A DNA stretch of 42,394 nt. Origin: Ministeria vibrans ATCC 50519 (taxonomy: Eukaryota > Protista > Filasterea). The stretch is taken from assembly GCA_943704425.1 (NCBI GenBank), contig CALSCP010002675.1, positions 1-42,394 on the forward strand, given 5' to 3'. The stretch's first letter is position 1. Each line of letters starts with the position of its first letter. Positions 15,326-30,285 of this stretch are shown one piece after another. The translations under genes were made by a program, and so were the position numbers. The notes under the pieces were generated by a model, which did not search any database, was not told the DNA's origin, and was given only the letters and a program-made list of their open reading frames with translations.

Positions 15326-16918
15326 ATGTTTACATTCCACAAGAAAGACAAAGCAACTCCGGCGCCCGTCACACCGGACGACCTCGTCATCGCCGACCTC
15401 CTAGTCAAGCATGCCGATCTTATTTCCGAAATTAAGCAGCTCTGCGCTGACGATCTGGCGCCCCAGGAGGCGCCCGACTTCCTCGAGAAGACTCCGGGCG
15501 GTCTCGTCTTCGACGACATTGCCATCCTGAGGTACTGCCTCTCGTTCAAGAAGGCGCCCGCCGCCGCCAAGGCTATCAAGGCCGCTGTGGAGTATCGGAC
15601 CAAGGCGGCGTATCTGGTGGCGCCCGAAGCGCCGCACCACACGCGCATGACGGAATTCTGTAGGGAACTGACCCAAGACGCGTCTGAGTTCTGACCTCAT
15701 TCCTCTCCTTCCTTGCGGCAGTTGTCGGCGGCTTTCACGGCACGATGAAAGATGGCGGTCCAATCTTTTGGATTCGGGATGGCTTCACCGACATGGGTGG
15801 CATGGTGGCCAAGTTTACAGGCGACGAAGTAAGAACTGTTGCGACGATGACTGACCAAACAAGGTTTTGATGCATACCGCCTCTCCTTCTAGATTCTCGA
15901 GAACTGGATGTGGTGGAAGGAGCGGCTGTACCACATGTGCGACAAGATGTCGCGCGAGAAGGGGCGCATCATCAAGTCGGCGATGGTGGAGGACATGAAG
16001 GGCTTCTCCATGAGCATCGACCGCAAGTTCTTCAAAATTGCCGGTGACATCTCCAGGTGAGTCCTCCTCCGCCCCGTCCCTGCATTCAATCCTATTCTTA
16101 CCCCGGTTGCTCACTTTTTCTTTCTCTTTGCACCTGGATGTGCTAGTCTTGCTGAGAATGTCTACCCGTGTGCTATTGGCGCCCAGATCCTCCTGAATCC
16201 TCCGTCGTACATCAAAATGATCGTGCGCGTCGCCAGAGTAAGCATTATTGCCATGATGACGCCTGCACTGTTATTAATAGTGTTGTTGCACGCTTGTCGC
16301 GTTACTTAGCTGTTCATCTCGGCAAAAACGATGAACAAGATGCGAGTGTGTCCAGGACCCTCAAGCAAACATCCCTCGATGTCGGCCTGTCCCTTCGCAT
16401 CGCGCTTCGTCGACGAATCAGAGGTCCCTTCCTTTGCCGGTGGCACTTGTAAGTTCTCTTTCTTCTTAACCCTTGTACTGCGTAGTCAGTCACTTAGTCA
16501 CTCACTTTCTCACTCACTTACTTACTTACTTACTCACTCACTCACTTACTCACTCACTTACTTACTTACGCACTCACTCACTCACTTACATACTTACTTA
16601 CTTACTTACTCACTCACTTACTTACTCACCCACTCACTCACTGACTAATTTACTGACTCACTCACTGGCTCACCCACTTATTGCCACCCCTCCATCTTAT
16701 TCTCAGGTACTCATGGCGCATCTGGCGAGTGCTTTGAGAATGCACCCAACGTGGTTTTTACGCAGAAGCAACGCCAGGCCTACCGTCTCAACCATCTCGT
16801 CATCGACACCGCCGACGACAACGACGGGGACGAAGCACACATTGAAGAATCCCTCAAAGAGCTCTCACTGGCTGCCGAGGGCGATGCGGGGGCTCTCGAC
16901 GAAAGCGAAGTCGACTGA
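15326..16918 (+). CDS. CRAL-TRIO (Sec14-like) lipid-binding protein, paralog B (tandem duplicate)
   Basis: Colinear similarity to paralog A (DLLVKHA, LAPQEAPDF, FHGTMK, ENWMWWKE, EDMKG, FKIAG, CPFAS). The last exon 16707-16918 ends ...DESEVD*. Confidence 0.85.
16488..16680. repeat. Intronic (ACTC/ACTT)n tetranucleotide microsatellite
   Basis: Mixed CACT/TACT units in the last intron of paralog B. Confidence 0.9.
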
Positions 16919-17009
16919 CCGCATTGATAAAAATATGAAACTGTGCGAAACCTACACCTTTCCTTTGTATCAATCAATCAAATCATACAATCCCGTCTCC
17001 ATTTATTTT

Positions 17010-18856
17010 CTACAGTTCTGTGCTTCTCGATGTGTCGTCTCCATGGTGCAGCGTCATCTGAGCGGTGAGCCAGGCCAAGAGAGGTGCGCGGTGCACAGTG
17101 GCATGGGCGAATTCGGTGAGAAAATCTTCAAGCAGATGGTGCTCGCTGAGCGGGCGCAGTGCGTGCGGGGAGTACATGCGCACCACCGGATGGAGAAAGT
17201 TGCTGTGCTCTGCGCGCATCGCATCGCCCTCGGCTCGTCCACTGCGCAGCGTGTCGTCGCCTGCCCCTCCAAAGTGTGCTCCGTACTCGAGCGACAGTGT
17301 TAGATGACCTTCGGGGGCGTGCACTCCGTCACACCGCTCCTCCTCAGTGTACTCCAGTATCCTTCCCTGCCACCGCACCACATCGCACAGCTCCCCAAAC
17401 ATTTGATACAACCCACTAGACTCCATCGCTCGCAGCAACATAACATCGGCCAATTCCGCTGCTTGGGTCACCCTGCGACTGGGCCACTCCTTCAAAAACA
17501 CTAACAATTTGTTATGCATACGATTAGGGCTTTTTGTGGTGATCACCTGTTCGGTACCAGGCACGCGTGAGATAGCGAAAGCCATGAACAAAGCCACCGG
17601 ACGAGCGCCGGTGGTCGTGTGCGTGCATGAGCGCACCCACAAAGTACAGTCCGGGGACATTGATGCTCTCGTATGAGCGCGTCAGAGCCGGCAGTCGACC
17701 TCGCGCACTCCCGCTCTGCGCCATGACCGGACGACACGACTCGTCGAAAAGGTGCGTGTCCATGGCAAATCCAAGACACCGAATCACATGGTCATAATGG
17801 GAGCGCAGCGGCCAGTTCTCCGGTAGTGCCGCACCCATTGTGTGTGTGGGAACGACGCTCACGGTGTCGTTGTCGCGGCGCTCGAGTCGGAGCACATCAA
17901 ACGACGCAAGCTCCGTGATGCCGTCGAGTGACTTGAGCTGGTACGCATCAAGCAATTCCAAATTGACAGCACGCACGTCGCCCACATAATGCGTTTGAAA
18001 GGCCAGGCGCACGCGTGAACGCCCGAGAATGTGTGTCACAGCCGTGTGTTGATGAAGCTTGTTCGCCAGCTCAAACGCACTGTTACCCGCGCCCAACAGC
18101 AGCACACGAGATCCTTCAAAGCGTTCTGCCGACAAGTCGACGGTCGAGTAGGGCTGCGACAGGACCGCAAATCCCGCGTGTAGTTCCGAAGGAAAGTGTT
18201 CGACGGCAAGACCGGTTGCGACGACGACTTTGTCACAGCGATACGTTAGCGAGGCGTTGGTGTGAACGTGAAACAGGAAGGCTTCAGACGACGCATCCGC
18301 GGCATCGCCACGGGCGCGTCGTTCAATGTGGGTCACGGTGGTTGCATAGCGAATGCGATGCGCCAAGTGCGAGCACGCCACAGCCTGCACATAGGCGGCC
18401 AGGTCGTCGGCAGCGGGATAGTAGGCTGTCGAGAAGGACTGCATCTTCAGCGGGGTGTGCAACAGCGAGTGCCAGTCGTGCCGCAGGTTAAACTCAGTGC
18501 AATTCCGTTCACGGGCTAACCCTGGCCCTGGCCCTGGCCCTGCGCCGACAGAGGCACAGCCGGTGTGTCGCTTGTTGATTGAGATGAGTTTTCGATCGCG
18601 CGGCAACCTTGAAAAGGTGCTGCCCGCTACCGCATCCCTTTCAAGCACCACAAACTCATGGCTGTCCTGTTGTAACAGCAGCGCTGCCTGTACACCGGCA
18701 GGACCGCTGCAAAGACGATTAGAAGCTCCAGGACGGACAGACCCTTTTCGTCTCGTACGCTCCAACGATGCACGTCGGCACATCTTCAAAAGCCGCATTG
18801 GCAACACCGTGTCCCAGTACAAATGTGCACAGCAGAATGCAGCAAGCCAATCGCAT
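17010..18856 (-). CDS. FOXRED2: FAD-dependent oxidoreductase domain-containing protein 2-like (ER flavoprotein)
   Basis: Exons 18856-18759 (signal peptide MRLACCILLCTFVLG...CIVGA), 18706-17547 and 17500-17010. Motifs GAGPAG, PRDRKLISINKRHTG, EFNLRHDWHSLL, LGAGNSAFE, THYVGDVRAVN, LDAYQLKSLDG, SSGGFVHGFRY, SNFLHPVVR and HLLEDF. C-terminal STEL resembles a KDEL-type signal. Confidence 0.9.
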
Positions 18857-19090
18857 CGCAAAAAAAAAAAAGTTTTTCCTCTGAGTGATCAGCGATGATT
18901 TAGAAGATGAATGAAAGCGACAGCATAAAGACTAATCCATATTAAAAATTAATAATAAGAATAAGAATAACGTCATTATTGATTTATTAATAGTCTAAAT
19001 TAGTTTTTTTTTTTGGCTTTGAGTACAGCTCCCTTATCTCTATTCTATAATTATATTTCTTCATAATAAAATAATAAAGACAAAACGTTT

Positions 19091-19701
19091 TCATCTCCTT
19101 CTGTCGCTACTTGAACCTCGGACGGACTGAGAGGAACCCTCAACAGCAGACGACGTCGACGTCGACATGGCGGCGGTGGTAGTGGAAGAGGAAGGGGAGG
19201 CCGTCGGAAGTGACACCGCACCTGTCACCGATGGCTTGGCCGAGTCCTTCTCAAACACCTTGAGCGACGACGACAGAAGCATTCGACGCGCCCCAAACCC
19301 TTTCTTTCGGCGACTCCCCGTGGATCCACCCGACATAGCTCCTCCTTCAACCCCTCCGCCTGTCACGCCACCGGAAAACCCAGTCGTAGCACCGGTGCCT
19401 CCGCCCCCACTGCGCCCTCCAGTGCGTCGTCCTCGGCTACGCGCCGCACCACGACCAGGCGAGCCGGTCCCCATGCCCTCCATTTGCGAGCGCTTCTCGT
19501 AGTCCAACACAAGTGCACGCATCTCCTCGCGCTCCTTCTGCTCCTTCAGCTGAGAGTCCAGCATGTTGGCCACAAGCCGCGACTGCACCGGCATGGTCAG
19601 CTCCCTCTGTTGCTGCTTGTTGCCCTTGCGCGTCAGCATCGTAAACTTAAAGCCTGTAAACTCATCATCCGCCATCGCCTTTTTCACTACAATCCATCAT
19701 G

Positions 19702-19798
<97 letters not shown>

Positions 19799-21878
19799 TG
19801 AAGAGAGAGAAGCAAAGTGATGGAGAGAGAGAAACAAAGTGAGGGAGAGAGGGAGAAACAAAGTGATAGAGAGAGGGAGAAACAAAGTGATAGAGAGGGG
19901 GAGAAAAAAAGTGACAGAGAGAGGGAGAAACAAAGTGATAGAAAGAGAGGGAGAAACAAAGTGATAGAGAGAGTAAGTACCACAACGACGCCACGAAAAC
20001 CGTGAAAAAAAAGAAGTAAAAGAAAAAAAAAAGGAAGTACGATACCTTGGGCACTGTTGAACCCCTGCAGGTGTAAAGGAACGGCAAGGTCGACGGCCGT
20101 GCGCGCAACCTCCGCCTTGCGCTGCTCACACTCCTCGGCCATCATGCGCTCAAAGTCCGATGCAAGCTGCTGGTCCTCGCGCGAGTCGCCCATCGGCGCA
20201 CCGCCCACGCCACCTTCGTCGTCAAGCACAACCACAGGGTCATCGTCGTCACTCTCATCGTCATCGTCGTCATCGTCGTCCTCATCGTCATCGTCGTCCT
20301 CCTCATCATCGTCATCATCATCGTCTTCATCTTCATCCTCCTCGTCATCATCCGCCTCCTCCACTCCATCCCCGTGCGCCCCATCAACACACACCCGTTC
20401 CTGGTCATCCTGGTCGCCTGTGCTGGTGTCACTCTGGTCTCCGTCTCCCTCCTCCTTGTGCACCTGACCCCGCTCAATCTCCCCAATCAGCTCCCTCTCC
20501 AATGCTCGCACTGCCCCCTCTGCCTCCTCCAGCGACTCACACACCGTCAGCGACGGCCGAATTTTCTCCAGTAGATCCGTCACAAGGAACTCAATGTCCA
20601 GCGGAAGCGGTTGATTCTATTGCCAAAAAGAGAGAAAGAGAAAGAAGAAGCATGCGTAAGGAAAGCAATACAATACTAATTATAAAAGTTAGAAAACGGA
20701 ACCTTTTGATAAAGATAACGCTGGAAATACAAGAGGAAACAATCGAGCTTGCGCTGGAGGTGGCCGCGGGCAAAGTATAGGCCGGCAACGTCGAGCATGG
20801 CGCAGACGAGGCGGACGCGAAAGAAGGAATCGGGGGGGTCGAGAGGCGACGGGCGGGCAGCGGAGGCGGCGGGAAAAAAGAGTATGCGGTAGAGAGCATC
20901 GAGAAGCGTCTGTGAGTCGCACATCCGGTAGACAAAGAGAAAGGCCAGGAAGCGCGCATAGGCAATGCGGCGCTGGTGGAAGGAGGGACGCAGAGACGCC
21001 TCGAGACCGACACGGATCTCCTCAAGACAGGCGTCGACGGCACGCACGCCAACAACGCTGTGGTAGCGCACAAAGACGGCAAGCAGCTCGGCAAGGTTAG
21101 AGACGGCACTGAAGCGGACACGGTGAGCGCGCGACAAAGTGCGAATAGTATATTCGCGCACAACGGGATCGGTGGACCAGGGGAGACGCCGAAGCTGGGC
21201 GGCAATGTCCGCGACAGACATAACACCGGCACCCAACTCGACGGAGATGAGATGGCGCACGTAGGCGTGCAGGGGTGGTCTCACGCGGGGAACGTACGCT
21301 GCCTGCTCGGGCGGGTTGCACACAGCAATGGCATTTTCGAGGGTCGTCTCGAGACGCATATCAAGGTGCAGCGCACGCTTCTTCTTGACAAGGATGTCGA
21401 GCAGTCGACACATGCGCGAGTGTGAGTCGGGCGAGCGAAAGAGAAAGCGACCGCACGACTCGAGAAGGCAGGCAGCCATCTCAATGGCGTGGTGGGTAAA
21501 AACGCGGATGAGCCGCTCGAGCATGCGCATGGTCAGGTGCGGACGACACAGCCGAAACTTGGTAAGCTCCGAGATGAAGCGCACGTTGCGCAACTTCGAC
21601 TCGATGTTGTGCTGGTCGTTGCGCGTGAGCAGACGAAAAAACTCAATCTCGAGGCGGGTGGTGAGCTGGACGGCAATGTCAGGGATCGCTGGGTCCAGAG
21701 TGGCGACGAGGCGCGCGTGGTACGGCAGCAGATCAGGCCGATTGCGCGGCACGTCAAACAGTGCCTGCACCAGGCGCGCCCGACTCCCCTTGTTGTTCTT
21801 GTAGCAGAAGTCGCGCGCAATGTTATTCACTGCGTCTCGATTCACTGCCTTGCTCAGATTTCCAAACACCTCGTCGAG
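19091..21878 (-). CDS. UPF2: UPF2 (regulator of nonsense transcripts 2), MIF4G-2, MIF4G-3 and UPF1-binding region; 3' part of an apparent INTS7-UPF2 fusion
   Basis: Exons 21878-20703, 20616-20046 and 19686-19091. Motifs VNRDAV..DFC, LFDVPRNRPDLLPYHARLVATL, NVRFISELTKF, HHAIEMAACLLESCGRFL, CNPPE, QRRIAYARFL, LDPPDSFFRVRLVC, FLLYFQRY, PLDIEF, an acidic tract, and FTMLTRKGNKQQ. No start exon of its own is visible. Confidence 0.92.
19705..19972. repeat. Intronic (GA)n tract plus ~7 degenerate GAAACAAAGTGATAGAGA units
   Basis: Read directly from the sequence; lies in the last UPF2 intron. Confidence 0.9.
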
Positions 21879-22017
21879 CTAAAACAGAGGAGGGGCAATG
21901 TGAGTGAGTAAAACAAGAATGATCACAATTACACCACAAAGTCGCACTCCACAAAGACACAAGACACGCACCACAAAGGAAAGACACACACACACACACA
22001 CACACAAACACATACAC

Positions 22018-25243
<3,226 letters not shown>

Positions 25244-25539
25244 TCAAGAACCAAAACAAGTACCAATCGGGATCAATTTTTGTGAAAGTCGAAAGTCGAA
25301 ACTCACGAAAGATCACAAATACGAGAAACAAACAATCAAACGTAACTCACTGAATTCGGATGTGAGGCCAATTTTTGCGATATTCTCAAACAAACATCAA
25401 ACTATAACCAAAGGATTGTCAACGTAAAAGAGAGACTGTTGAGCGACAAGGGAAGTATAAGTAATTGATGTCAAATTGTCATTTCAATCAATGATCAATC
25501 GGTGATAATTCATTTTTATTTTTCAACAAGGAATGCCGA

Positions 25540-26207
25540 ATGGGACACTCTGCGTATGACAAGGAAGATGGTGCAAAGCCGTGCCGAGTGTGTACGGATT
25601 TTGGGAAAGCGATGAAGAAAACAAGCAAAGTGGCGGTTGAGGTAGACACCACTCGGTGTGACACAATCGCGATCAGCTCAACCGGATGTGTTGTGGTGCA
25701 GAAGGCGAAAGAGCCGGAAGTCGACCCCTACCGGGCGTGTCCTCCCGATGGCGGTGAGCTAGGAAGGGCCTCGTGGACGCTGTTGCACACACTGGCGGCC
25801 TACTATCCGGAGAAGCCGTCGACCGAGCATCGCACACACGCCACAAACTTCTTTGGCGCACTCTCGCGGTGCGACGTCGAGACCACGCACGCACACGCAC
25901 ACTCACTCACTCGCACCTGCAAACGTGTAGATTGTACCCGTGCGACTATTGCGCCGATCATTTGCGCGACTACATGGAGAAGAATCCGCCCGAGACGCAA
26001 GATCGTCGGAGTCTGACACAGTGGGTGTGTCGGGTGCACAATGAAGTGAACGCGAGACTGGGCAAGCGCGTGTTTGACTGTAGCAAAGTAGACGAGCGAT
26101 GGTATGAAAGGAGCGACGGTTCGTGTGATCCAGTAAGAAGCGAGAGAGACAGAGAGAAGCTGTCTTTTTGTTACTCAACTCACTCCGTCTTCGTTTGTAT
26201 GCAGTGA
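25540..26207 (+). CDS. ERV1: ERV1/ALR FAD-linked sulfhydryl oxidase
   Basis: N-terminal shuttle motif KPCRVC, then CPPDGGELGRASWTLLHTLAAYYP, LYPCDYCA (redox CXXC) and WVCRVHNEVNARLGK..FDC...ERW...DGSCD. Introns at ~25642-25701, 25869-25930 and probably 26133-26204. Confidence 0.93.
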
Positions 26208-26290
26208 TGGACAGATTGTCAGATTGTAGTGAAGTGAAAGAAAAATGTATTGTGACAACAAGTAATCGGACGAAAAAAACAAAAAAGAGC

Positions 26291-27026
26291 TCAAGCAAAG
26301 AGATTGAAACCACTCAGGAACCAGCAGGCGACATTGAGGACACCGTAAAATGCCATTGGAATGATGGCCATAAGGAGATTGCCCATAATGCCCCGACGAG
26401 TGACGGTCGCCCACAGCTCAGTCGTGGCAATGGTGGGTGCATCTTTGTGGGCAAAAGGTCCTGCAAAAACAATCTCAGTGAGCGAGGGAGTGAGAGTTTT
26501 TGAGAGAGAGAGAGTGTGTGTGTGTGTGTGTGAACGGGCAAGCGTGTGTGTCACTCGATTGTGGTGTGTGAGAGTGTGGCAGACACTGACCCGTGAGGCG
26601 AAAGAGGGGCGTGAAGGCAGCCTCCATGGAAAAGGCTACGGCTACGCGCACGCCAAAGCGACGGAGCAGCGTTAGGAGGGATGGCGCAGCACCCATGTCC
26701 ACGGCAAGTTGGTATGCATAGCCGGAGTAGTCAACGCCGTGTTGAATGCGCGCACAGGGGCTCTATTACAATTGTATATTTTAATATAATTATATAAATT
26801 GTATGTTTGTGTGTGCTTTTTGTTCAAACTGACTTTGAGGAGTCTGTAGGTCTCAGGCTCGAGAGGGCACTGCATGGGACGGTGTGCAAGGGCAGTGGCC
26901 CACCACATGGCCTGCAGCTCAGACAGCGGAGGAATGGCTCCAACCCCCGGTCGCACAAAGCCAATCAGCGCAAGTGTGTTGGTGCTTGTGTCGTCATCAC
27001 TGGGCGTCAGCTGTCACAACAACAAC

Positions 27027-27057
<31 letters not shown>

Positions 27058-29144
27058 TTCAGTGTGACTCGCACTCACAAAGCGTGGATCGCAATCAAGT
27101 GCACTCCTCACAATCGCACTCGCTCATCCACTAACTCATCCACTCTCCAACAGTAAATCTCACTAACTCACGCACTCTCAAATTAACACCCAGTCCTCAG
27201 GTTGCTCACGATGGGTCAATTTCACTGTCACTCGATCACTCATTTGACTCACTCTGGCACTTACGAGCATTTCTCTGACATCTCCTCTCGATGGAACAGT
27301 GCGCGTTTGGTTTCGACTGGCAAAAGAGTGATTTGCCAGAAAGGGAAACGAGTGCTCATAACCCGTTGCGTAAACCAGTGTGTCACACTCAATCGTCTCA
27401 TTTTCCACCAAAACCCCTAAAGAAACACATAAAGAGAAGGTGTCAACAACCCTTTCTCTCGGTCTAATACGATGTACCGTTTTCAGTTATTGATTGAGGA
27501 AAACTCGTTTTGACGTGAATTGTGCGATCGACTGAGGGATAAACGAACCGGAAAAAGAGTTGAGCGAAGTGAAAGGACTCAAAAGGGCGATTGATATAAG
27601 GAATAGCTCGAGACGACTTGTTGAGAATATTGTACCTACGAGGAGAGGAAGTGAGAGAGAAAAAGGATAGAAGAAAAAAACTCAAAAACAATGGAGAGAG
27701 AAAGCAACGTGATGAAGAAAGAAACAAATACAGGGATAATTAGGATACAAAATGATTAGAGGGAGAATCACTGAGATAAAAAATATATATGTGTGTACGC
27801 TCTTCCGCATTGAGAGACGTGACCGACAAGTTGGCCCATTCCGCAGGGAGAGCCGCTGAAGAGGCGCAGACCGTTGCGCAGAAAGAAATCGCTAATGTGC
27901 CAACGCAGACGGAGGCGGCGCACCCACGAGTGAACGTAGCTGTTTTCAAATACTACGTATCGAGTGAGTGATGATGAATTACAACATAATAAATTATGAG
28001 ACTTATGTGTGAATCATCAGGGATAGGGTTAGGGTGAGGTTGACACACAGTCATTGGGTTAGAGTTCGACGAGAAGAAGTGATCAATACTGTGATCAAAA
28101 ATACAACAGGGCAACAAAGCGAGGGGCATGCAAATCGATTCAAGTTTGCTTACGGTTTGAGATGAGTGTGTCAATGGGAGTGGTGCCGCGGAAGCGCAGG
28201 AAGGAGAAAAGACGCATTTCAGGAAGAGTCTTGGGGATGGACAAGAAACCATTTTGGGTGCAGACAGTGACTTTCTCTGCAGTCTGGACTGCTTCATAGG
28301 CCAAATCAAGTCCAGTCTCGCCTGAAACAACAAAACACTCGGTTACACTCTTCTCTGTCACACATACAGATATCTACACACACACCACTAAGCACACACC
28401 AAGCACACATACACACACACACATACATACATACAGATATACACACTGTCTCTCGCCGCATCTCTCTCTTCCTCTCTGTCTCTGTCTCTCAACCCCCTTT
28501 GCACGCACCAGACCCCAGTATGACCACATTTTTGCCGGTGAACTCTTCTCGTTTGCGATAGGCGCTGGAGTGGAGCTTTCTGCCGCGAAATTGATTGTCG
28601 CCAGCAATGGAGGGAACGACTGGCGTGACGTGCAATCCTGAGCAGACGGCAACAGCAAAGAACTCGGCAGACTCGCGGGTGTTGCTGGACAGGCGAGTGT
28701 AGGTGACGCGGTGTACGTCGCGCGCCGCCTCCCACACAATGTCGTCGACACGGACGCCGCACTGCACGATCGCACTGTCCAGGCCAAAGCGCGCGGCGTA
28801 CCGCTCGAGATACGCCACATACTCGGCCAGCGTCAGATGGTCGTCTTGGTCGTCGGGCAAGCGGAAGTCGCTGAAGGCCGTCAGCTGCTTGCTCGAGACC
28901 AGCTCGGCATTCTCGTAGGCACGGTACCTGCCAGACGGCGCCTGTAAGCATCCCAGACGCCTCACCGCCCCTGCTTGGCTTACCGAAACGTCCCACCAAT
29001 GCGCTCCTCACTCTCAAAGACGGTCACGGCAAAGCCACACTCGCGCAATGTCTTGGCCGTCACCAAACCGCTTGGACCGGCGCCAACAACGCAAACGTGG
29101 CGCCCTGCGCCCCAGCTGCTTCGATTCGTCTCGGTGTCTGTCAT
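26291..29144 (-). CDS. Flavin-containing monooxygenase (FMO; dimethylaniline monooxygenase-like) with C-terminal hydrophobic anchor
   Basis: About 9 exons. Motifs VCVVGAGPSGL, IGGTFRYRAYENAELVSSKQLTAFSDF, FRGRKLHSSAYR (FMO motif), VVILGSGETGLDLA, YATGY..SFPFL, IGFVRPGVGAIPPLSELQA and GVDYSGYAYQLA. Ends ...FYGVLNVACWFLSGFNLFA*. Confidence 0.9.
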
Positions 29145-29292
29145 ATTTCATACGCTACGCCCAATATAACAACTAGGCAGGTGTTGGGAGTTGGCCACAC
29201 AGACAAGGAGAAGAGAAGTGAGTTGTGAAGTAAATGTGAAGTTAATCAATCTATCAATTATCAAAAATCAATTATTTGCCTCTCGTTTAAAT

Positions 29293-30042
29293 ATGGCCGA
29301 CGACGAATTGGAAGCGATCCGCCAACAGCGAATGCAGGAATTGATGGCTGCTCAAGGAGGCGGTGGCGGTGGCGGTGCTGCAGTACGCAATCCATTTCGT
29401 CTCTGTCTCTCTCTCTTTCTCCCTCTCTCTCGTGCCACAATGCACCCCAACTCTTCTCATGCACCCGTACAATTTACCCACCACATGCATTCACATGCGT
29501 AGGGAGAGCGAGAGAAGGCAATGAAAGAGTAAGCCCAATTTTGAATATTCTTCACGAATCCCTTCGTTTTGCCTCACCTCTCGTCATTGCGCAGACAGCA
29601 GGCGGCCAAGACTGCCATGATCGCTCAAATTCTTGACCAGCAAGCACGTGCACGACGTAATCAAGGCGAAGCGGACCTTCGCAGCCGTTGCCATGAGTGA
29701 GACACTGACACACACACACACACACTCTCTCTCTCGTCGTTTCTGCAGTCGGAAGGATAGCCAGTGTCAAGGCGGACAAGGCCAAGGCCATTGAAGATTT
29801 GCTGGTGCGCATGGCACAGTCGGGCCAGATCTCGGGGCGTGTCAACGAGCAAATGCTTATTGGCCTTCTGGAACAGGTCGAGGGCAGAAAGCCCAAGACA
29901 ACGGTAGTCAGTCCTCTCTCTCTCTCTCAACACTCCTTATTAACGTATTCGTGTTTTTCTTTCTTTCTTTCTTTCTTTTCCCTCCTAGATTCAACGACGC
30001 CGTTACGAGTTGGATGTTGACGATGACTTGGATGATCTCTGA
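29293..30042 (+). CDS. PDCD5: Programmed cell death protein 5 (PDCD5/Sdd2)
   Basis: MADDELEAIRQQRMQEL, a micro-exon (GEREKAMKE), AQILDQQARAR, KAKAIEDLLVRMAQSGQISGRVNEQMLIGLLEQV, and a last exon IQRRRYELDVDDDLDDL*. Confidence 0.93.
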
Positions 30043-30285
30043 GAGTTTGGTATTAATTGGTGATTTGATAAATTACGTTGAACAAATTTCTCAATCATTG
30101 TCGACTCATCAGATGCGTACCAAACCCGCTCCATATCCAAACCCAGTAACCCTAAACCCACTCACTAGTCACTAGTCAGCACCAAAATGGTGTCAAAATG
30201 TTGTTTTGTGTTGTCGACGGTTAGATCGTATCTCCCTGTCTAAAATTTCAAAAATTAGAAAAATATTAAATCAAAAATAATATAT

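Noticed and set aside
21823-22017. INTS7 ending by read-through to the stop at 21823 as an independent gene
   Set aside because: The added residues (VYVFVCVCVCV...) translate a (TG)n intron-like tract, overlap the UPF2 exon, and would leave UPF2 without a start exon. The in-phase splice is more parsimonious, though unproven.
26291-26460. Separate small membrane-protein gene
   Set aside because: It splices in frame as the last exon of the FMO gene (hydrophobic anchor).
28024-28066. TTAGGG-like words (also near 4977 and 30148) as interstitial telomere or telo-box
   Set aside because: Only one or two imperfect units at each site, consistent with chance.
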